A stretch of DNA of 64,000 bases from Octopus vulgaris (lineage: Eukaryota). The translations under genes and the position numbers were made by a program. Positions 56,302-64,000 of the stretch are shown in pieces (positions within the stretch are counted from its first letter, which is position 1; every line of letters begins with the position of its first letter). The stretch covers positions 92,814,001-92,878,000 of the forward strand of contig OX597824.1 of NCBI GenBank assembly GCA_951406725.2. The letters are read 5' to 3'. The notes beneath the pieces are model-generated. The model saw only the letters and a list, made by a program, of their open reading frames with translations, was not told the DNA's origin and did no database searches.

Positions 56302-56438
56302 TATTTTTTAAAGCAGCAGAAATATAACAAGCTGTTGCTCGGAGTTTCACGTTCCCGTTTTAAATAAACCATATTACTCTACCTCTGGGATTTGAGTACG
56401 CTTTTTTCCACCTTGTACACATACGTGCTTACTCCGGT
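56302..56438. mobile_element. Fragment of the pLTR-like family found in the 58.3-58.9 kb palindrome
   Basis: aaagcagcagaaat...gagtttcacgttcccgtt...catattactctacc...tttgagtac...ttccaccttgt. Confidence 0.75.
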
Positions 56439-57065
56439 CTATATATATATATATATATGGGACAAAAACGCAATAGAGGGCATTAAAACGTTCGGACAGA
56501 TAGAGGACACAAAGGCGGACAAGAGAAACAATTAGAAGGACAGGAAAAAAAGAAGGGTCATTCTTGGCTTTCTTTCATCAGTCAAGTATCAGAAGTCATG
56601 ACCATTTCGGACAGATATACTTGACATGGTTCGATCTGGTTGTCCCCCGAAAAGTCTGAGCTAAGACCATTAGTCTCTTTTGTAAGAAAGCTAGGGAATG
56701 TGTATGGCTACAAAGACGAAATAAAAACGAACAAAGAAACAATGGCGAAGATGGTTCAGAATTACGAATAGAAGAAATAACAACAGGCGTCGTTCGACTG
56801 AGAACGATTCAAATTCAGCTGACGTATATGAAGTAAAAGCCAAAAGGCAGGAACGTGGGAGATGGACACAAGACGTGTTGACGGTCGGCAGTAAGGCTAA
56901 GAAAGAAAGATCTATATTTGAAAACACTTATTTGATATTGATTAATGCTTATGTCAAAAATATGCGATTTGAATTCAGGCTGAGTTAATTTGTTATATTT
57001 TTCATATCTTATAGGTATTCTTTATTCGTTGTTTCATGCATGTATACTTACACACATGCATGCAT

Positions 57066-57141
<76 letters not shown>

Positions 57142-57149
57142 TTGAATAA

Positions 57150-58050
57150 TGAATACACATGGCTTTTCTGATAATTCTTCGACTTTTATAATTATATGTT
57201 TAAAAACTATTAATCTTTTACGAATGGTATTTGGAACTTGCTTTTTCCACCTTTTTCAAAATCTCTCACTACATATTGCATTTCTAAAAGAGAAGTCATA
57301 GATTTGTTGCTTATGTACCCTTACCCTCTCGTATAATCAAATACCCGTTTCCTGTATATAGTATTCTTTGAAATTTGGGCAATGGGCATAGAAAACCAGG
57401 TTTCGGGATTTGCAGTTCATATTTGCATTGATTTTAAAAGTATTTTTGATTTTAAGCTGTTGTGTTCTCCTTCTTCAATATAATCGCATCTTCTGTAACG
57501 AGGATCACCACATTCGTTAATTCTCTATGCTATTTCTTTTGTTGTAAATTTCAGTTTAGTGAAATGTTTATTTTTGTTTGTGTATCTGGCGTCTGCTATA
57601 TTTGATTCCTGATATTCTGTCATTTGTTTCGCAATTTTCAATGACTATTCAAGTACTGGGAGATATCATTTAGCAACATTGAGAATGACGTGGATTCTTG
57701 GATTTTGAGAATATTTCTAAATACATTTTCTATTTTATTATGTGTCTGTTTTCTTCTGAATTCTTTAGCTGCGATGAGATTTGCTTTGATAATAGCCGAA
57801 TCAATATGTCTAGAAGGATCTTTTTGTTTTTCTAGAAATATCTTTAATCCTTGAAATCTTTTATCTCTTAATGTCGCGTCCATTAATAGAGTACAAACTT
57901 GTTTTGCCGTAATGAAGGATGTGTTTGTTATTGTATGTTTGGGATGGGAGGAAAGAAAATTCAAAGACTGGTGAGTGTCTGTGGGCTTATAGAAAATGAT
58001 TGTCATTGTCTCTTTTAATGTTGTCATTCTCTTTAACAAAATTTATACTC
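57150..58050 (-). mobile_element. Degenerate Neptune-type PLE relic related to the 16.2-18.0 kb element
   Basis: IFYKPTDTHQSLNFLSSHPKHT...RDKRFQGLKIFLEKQK; downstream ECGDPRYRRC and INANMNCKSRNL (GIY-YIG start). Flanked by (TA)n. Confidence 0.85.
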
Positions 58051-58070
58051 CAAAATAGTGTGTACGTGCT

Positions 58071-58137
<67 letters not shown>

Positions 58138-58199
58138 TTTTATGTATTGATTAAGTCTTTCCTTGTTTGTTTTGCAAAATAGTGGTTTTGTCTCTAATA

Positions 58200-58251
<52 letters not shown>

Positions 58252-58252
<1 letters not shown>

Positions 58253-58337
58253 CACACAACGATTTGATGCCTACCCTCTCACCTCTCCTACTAACTGGCG
58301 TATACAGGTGCTTACACTTATCAAGTATTCACTCTAA

Positions 58338-58371
<34 letters not shown>

Positions 58372-58568
58372 GGAATAAACACATAAATGTGAAACAAGGT
58401 GGAAAAATACTCAAATACCAGTGGTAGAGTAATATGCTTTATTTAAAGCAGCAGAAAATTCAACAAAACCTGTTACTCTGAGTTTCAAGTTAACGGGAAC
58501 GTGAAACACAGAGTAACATTTTGTTGAATTTCTGTGCTTTAAATATAGTATATATATACATATATATC

Positions 58569-58638
<70 letters not shown>

Positions 58639-58909
58639 GCAGCAGAAAATTCAACAAAACCTGTTACTCTGTGTTTCACGTTCCCGTTAACTTGAAACTC
58701 AGAGTAACAGGTTTTGTTGAATTTTCTGCTGCTTTAAATAAAGCATATTACTCTACCACTGGTATTTGAGTACTCTTTTTCCACCTTGTTTTATTTATGT
58801 GTTTATTCATATATATATATATATATATATATATAAATTTAGAGTGAATACTTGATAAGTGTAGCACCTGTATACGCCAGTTAGTAGGAGGGTATAGGCA
58901 TCAAATCGT

Positions 58910-58916
<7 letters not shown>
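58252..58916. repeat. ~660-bp imperfect palindrome centred on (TA)n; each arm contains a nested ~100-bp inverted repeat
   Basis: Arms at about 58252-58545 and 58633-58916 are reverse complements that differ mainly by small indels. The nested IR is 58441-58487 / 58502-58544. Confidence 0.92.
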
Positions 58917-58967
<51 letters not shown>

Positions 58968-58980
58968 TGTATGTATCTAT

Positions 58981-59195
58981 TGGGGAGAATTCACGAAAAG
59001 AAAAACAAAAGACGAAGACAGGTGATCTAGAAAAGGAACAGATGTATTAGTATAACGCTCAAGAACTGAAAAAAGAATTTACGTTTCGAGCCTACGCCCT
59101 TCTACAGAAGGGGACACAGAGAGAAACAAGGAGAGAAACAAGAAGAGAAAAAAAGAGAGAAAAAAGCAGAGAAAAAATGTGTGTAATGGCTACCG

Positions 59196-59200
<5 letters not shown>
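58981..59200 (-). mobile_element. Second copy of the solo pLTR-like family with the CUGUNGA hammerhead variant (59076-59112)
   Basis: Minus strand: ctt-CTGTAGA-a-gggc gtag gctc-GAAAC-GTA-aat. The flanks align with 30370-30582. Confidence 0.75.
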
Positions 59201-59266
<66 letters not shown>

Positions 59267-59321
59267 CTTGTGTGTGTGTGTATGTATGTATATATATATA
59301 TATATATATATACTTTTATTC

Positions 59322-59649
59322 TTTTATTCGTTTATTCTTTTAGATGTTTCAGTCATTTGACTGCGGCCATGATAGAGCAACGCCTTCAATCTTGGAAATT
59401 GACCCTAGAACTTATTCTTTTTAAGCCTAGTACTTATTCTGTAGGTATCGTCTGACGGACCGCTAAGTTAAAGGGACATAAACACGCGTACACTCATTAA
59501 TATATACATATAAGACAGGCTTCTTTAAGTTTCCGTCTGCCAAATCCACCTACAAAGTTTTTCGCTGGACCGTGTGTGCCACGCATTGGGACTGAACCCG
59601 GAACCATGTGGTTGCGTAGCAAGCTTCTTACCACGCAGTTAAACCTGCG

Positions 59650-59652
<3 letters not shown>
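59322..59652 (-). mobile_element. SINE family A (with internal deletions)
   Basis: tgtttcagtcatttgactgcggccatg...gggactgaacccggaaccatgtggttgcgtagcaagcttcttaccacgcag...cctgcgcc. Confidence 0.85.
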
Positions 59653-59691
<39 letters not shown>

Positions 59692-60360
59692 CACAGTCAT
59701 CATGTCACGAGGTATTGTAAACATTTAGGCACAATTAACAATATATATATATTAATCCTATCATAAATGGATACAAAATGGAAGATAACGGTATGTGTGT
59801 AATTTAAATTCGTATATTGAGAGAGATTGAGAGAGGAGGTATGGAAGGGATTAAATATCGAAGAGAGTGCGTGAGGGAGAGAGGCAGCGGCGAGAGACTG
59901 AGGGTAAGAGTGAGTTACTGATTATGTGGGAGTAATTAATATTTAGATGTGTTGCTTCTTAGTCAACAGATTAGTGAATTCTTAAACCTTTGCTTTGGAA
60001 TATCAGAACATAGAGAATAAAACTTAGAAAATGAGATTAGTGCTAAGTACCTTATCACCTACATTAGAAACGACTGTGGGTTTTAAATACAGAGGATAAA
60101 AAGGAAGATGAGATGTAAGTAACGACATTGAATTATTCCTAAGCGCAAAGACTCCAAATTTGACGAGCTATAAGAGGTGAGGAAACACTGTGTCATCAGA
60201 AAGGGAAAAGGGAATTTAATTAGGTTGTAATTAATCCCGTCTGGAATCGAGTACTTTTCACGAATACCTACCGATCGGATCAATTTCTATGTAGTCACAT
60301 AAAAGTTACTTATATGCCTTATAGGGAATCAACAGAATAGATTAATTAATTACATATATA

Positions 60361-60507
60361 GGCGTGGTCTGTGTGGTACGAAGTTCGCATCCCAAACAGG
60401 GATCAGTACCATTGCGTTTCAGGTTGATCAAGTGCCTTCTAATATAGTTTCGGACAGACAATAACCTTGTAAGCGGATTTGGTAGACGGATTAAAACGAC
60501 GCCCGAA
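60361..60507 (+). mobile_element. SINE family A 5' half (degenerate)
   Basis: ggcgtggtctgtgtggtacgaag...ccttgtaagcggatttggtagacgga. Confidence 0.65.
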
Positions 60508-60659
60508 CTATACGGTCGGTATATTTATGAGTGTATCGGTGCAACCTGACTCTCCCGCGAAAAACTAGACTCCTTCCTCTCGTTTGTCCACTCCTACCAT
60601 CCGGACCTCGGATTCCTCTATACTATTTTCAACATTTCCGTTACATTTCTCGACATTTC

Positions 60660-61530
60660 GGTCAACATACACCGCTCCGCTTTCACTACAAACACACCGA
60701 CTCAGACTCATACCTTAACCTCTCCTCCTCCTCCCAACCTACCCACATCAATCGCTCCATCTCCTACTCCAGATACCTTCGTCTGTGCGGGCTCTGCAGT
60801 GACAACCATGATTTCGAGATTCAGTCTCAGCTCATGGCTCACGACTTCATTCTTCATGGATATCCCCTCACTACTATCCACACAGCCCTCTGTTGAGAAC
60901 AATGTGGATAGTGCCTCTCCTCTCTCTTCCCTTTCTCCCCACCTACAGCCCCTCCACTTTGCTCCTCCAACACACCAATTTCCGAGCCCTCCGGCGACTC
61001 CAGTCCGACCCCTCCACCTCACACATCTCAAGCCTAGCCCTTCCCTCCTTCAAGCGAGACCACAACCTGTGTGACCTCCTGGTCCACAATTTGTTCCCTA
61101 ACCCCACCTCCCAACCAGGCTCGTTCCCCTGCTGCCACCCACGCTGCCGCACTTGCTCCTACCTCTCTAACATCACTATCCTCACAGGCAACCATCATCG
61201 TCCCTGTCATATCACCGACTCCTTTATCTGCCCTTCTAGCAACGTCATTTGCTGCATCTCCTGTTCTTTCTCCCCTTCTCTGTACATCGATAAAACGGAA
61301 CGCCTCTTGGCTGATAGGTTTGCGCAATACCTCCGAGACATCAAACTCGGCAATGACACTTCGATCTTGTGCCATTTCTGCTCTACCGGTTATTCACTAC
61401 AACACCTGTCTGTGTTCGGATTGACTTTGCACAGTGGCCATCCGACACCTGCCTTCGCTGTGACCCGGAATTAATCTTTTCTCTTCGCTCCTTTGCACCA
61501 CATGGTCTCAACTCCCCTCCTCTCCTTTCT
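60660..61530 (+). mobile_element. Degenerate C-rich Neptune-type PLE relic (RT thumb, Zn linker, GIY-YIG)
   Basis: HYKHTDSDSYLNLSSS...SISYSRYLRLCGLCSD; FPCCHPRCRTC; SFICPSSNVICCISC...LYIDKTERLLADRF; LIFSLRSFAPHGLN. Confidence 0.88.
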
Positions 61531-62894
61531 TCATCTGACGGCTACTTCCTCTCTTCACTCCTACCCACCTCTATCTTCCTTGAGAACCCTCCACCCACAC
61601 CACACCCATACATACCCATGTTGTACAAACCCCTTAACCCCAACCTTCATCCAACCCCACCTACATCCTCCACATCGTCATCCCACCCCACCTACACCAC
61701 ACACCGCAACACCACCACAACACGTCACACCACTCTACACCGCGCACACACACAAGCACTAAACCACTTCCCAGCATTCACACCGCACAACAACATCTGC
61801 ACATCCACACACCATGATTTGCACACCCATTCACAATCATCCGCATACCCACAGAGGACGACTGTAACCCCATTTTAAATGCACCCTTATAAACACTGCT
61901 TATTACACCTAACAACTTTAACGAATGCAGTCAGAAATTTTTGAAGCTCGCTATACAATTATTTTCTGTCAAACTGGACAAAATCACATCAGAGACTTAT
62001 GAAATGCGCCAGACTGTTTATGGATTAACTCTTCCGCCGAAGCAAAAGATTCCACGGTAGAAAGGAGATGCAAGACGACGAGAGTTGTGAGAGGGTTACG
62101 GACGTCAGAAGATCAAAGCTGGTTCAGAAAATTCGTATTTGTCCCAATTAAAATCGTCCCGAAAGGTAATAAGCATTGAAGTGCGTGATATTGTCACAAC
62201 TCTACACAATAATACACGAAAATATGAAACTGTGAAAATTTCAAGTTTGTTCCTACTCTGTTTGTTTCTAGTTTGTCCCTTGAAACTGACATTAGCAGAA
62301 TTTGAGACTGACATTAGAAGAAAACTATATAGGCATAATTGATGGTATATTTAAGCTACGTTACTTCGATCATATTTTTTTTCAGACATTTAGTATGAAA
62401 TTCTAAAAGGTATTCGTCAATGTTATCGAGGTGCATGGGAAATTCGAGGTATTAACTTTACTACCTATAATTTAAGGTGATAAAGTCCATTACACGCCAA
62501 GTGGAACATAAGACTATTATCTAATTATATGAATCAAAATTGTTTTATGTTATAAACTAACAAACTATGTTTCAATATTTATACAGTTATTTAAATATCT
62601 CTACTTTTTCGTTAGGTCCTACAAATTCTGTGATGCATTCGAAAGAACTAAGACTTTTACAGTACTGTACATTCCTTCGTGATTTCTCGGTTCCAGTACC
62701 ATTTCAAGCTTATTTTACTACTGTCTTTTTCTATTTGGGATTTTTCTAACTGCAATATAATTATGTATATTAATTTGAGCCTCTCACAAAGATTTTTTAA
62801 ACACACTATGCAACATCAGAATTTTCAAACACACACATGTATGTATATATACATAAGCATATACATACATATAGACATGCACAGACACACACAC

Positions 62895-62941
<47 letters not shown>

Positions 62942-63093
62942 TAACTATATATATATATATAAAATAACATATGTATCATAGACATATATAGTTATATACA
63001 CATGCACACACATATATGTATATATATATATATATATATATACGACATTTTAGCAAAAAATGATGAATTCGTATAGCGTTAACTCCATTTTTA

Positions 63094-63150
<57 letters not shown>

Positions 63151-64000
63151 TTGGCTTTCAGCGTTTTGTTTTCTACTTTTTTCTAGCCATGCAATTTGAA
63201 AATGCAAACTCACGTCTTTAATGCATTTTATAAATTTATGTATGTATAAACGTGTTTATTATTCCATCTGTGTTATGTGCTACTTCAAATTTTTAAATAT
63301 TTAGACTAATTTAAGGAGAAGATAATAAGAGGATTTAACATACACGCCAGTTTAGACTTCCAGTATTACAAGTGGCCGGCATGTTCTATTAGAGATATTT
63401 TTATATAAATTTAAAAGAACTGTACACATGATAATGAAACAACTTGAAACTGTTAGAGAAATTATAGTATTTCCGATATCTGATGATAATATTATCCTTC
63501 TGCATTCCCATATATTTTTTTTTTTACGGTTCCGAACATTAAGCCGTTGAAAATATTTGGAAAGGTATTCACACTTCCACGTTCATGTAATTTCATAACC
63601 GTTCTTCGCAACGATAATTATAGTGAAGTGAATGCACATAAACCGGAACATGCTATGATATTATACTTGTATTAATTATAGATGCGATCCTATAATGTAC
63701 TTAAAAATATATAACAGCAAGGACAATAATAATACAAATAGGAAATATTAAGCGTGGCTTAATTTTTGTGAACAAAATACACAGTTTAACATACATTGAA
63801 GTTCTGTTAAGATATATCCTTGACATCATGTGAAACCTCTTCAATTACGAAGCACCTCAAGCACAGATGCAGCAAAAGTACTTGTTGATACTACAGATAT
63901 ATATATATATATATATATATATCGATACATAGATAAACATCAGTTACTCTGTGAATCTCGTGGTTTTAGGCATATTCCGATATGTATATATATATATATA

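Noticed and set aside
59740-60350. Possible additional decayed PLE end
   Set aside because: Hand translation gave no convincing conserved motif.

Overview
This is an AT-rich, microsatellite-saturated eukaryotic window, either intronic or intergenic. The SINE families and repeat landscape look like a coleoid cephalopod, probably Octopus; this is inferred from recalled repeat sequences, not a database hit. I could not support any host protein-coding gene, and nearly all listed ORFs are translations of (TA)n, (GATA)n, (CAT)n or (ATT)n tracts. The real content is a layered collection of decayed transposons. It includes at least five Penelope-like element (PLE) relics from two lineages, a 5'-truncated Tx1/L1-type LINE plus four extra 3'-end copies, two R4/Dong-type LINE fragments and an RTE 3' end. 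It also includes a pogo-type DDE transposase relic, a hAT-type MITE with an 8-bp TSD, a probable non-autonomous Helitron and about 30 tRNA-derived SINE copies. Four observations stand out. (1) About ten type-I hammerhead-ribozyme (HHR) motifs from unrelated short PLE-LTR-like families occur here, two with intact cores and one family with a shared CUGUNGA core variant. (2) A Tx1 family has five copies, all sitting in (GATA)n microsatellites in the same orientation. (3) Microsatellite types appear to be partitioned among retroelement classes. (4) Several fold-back palindromes are centred on (TA)-rich tracts and may be real or assembly artefacts. Coordinates of degenerate elements are approximate.
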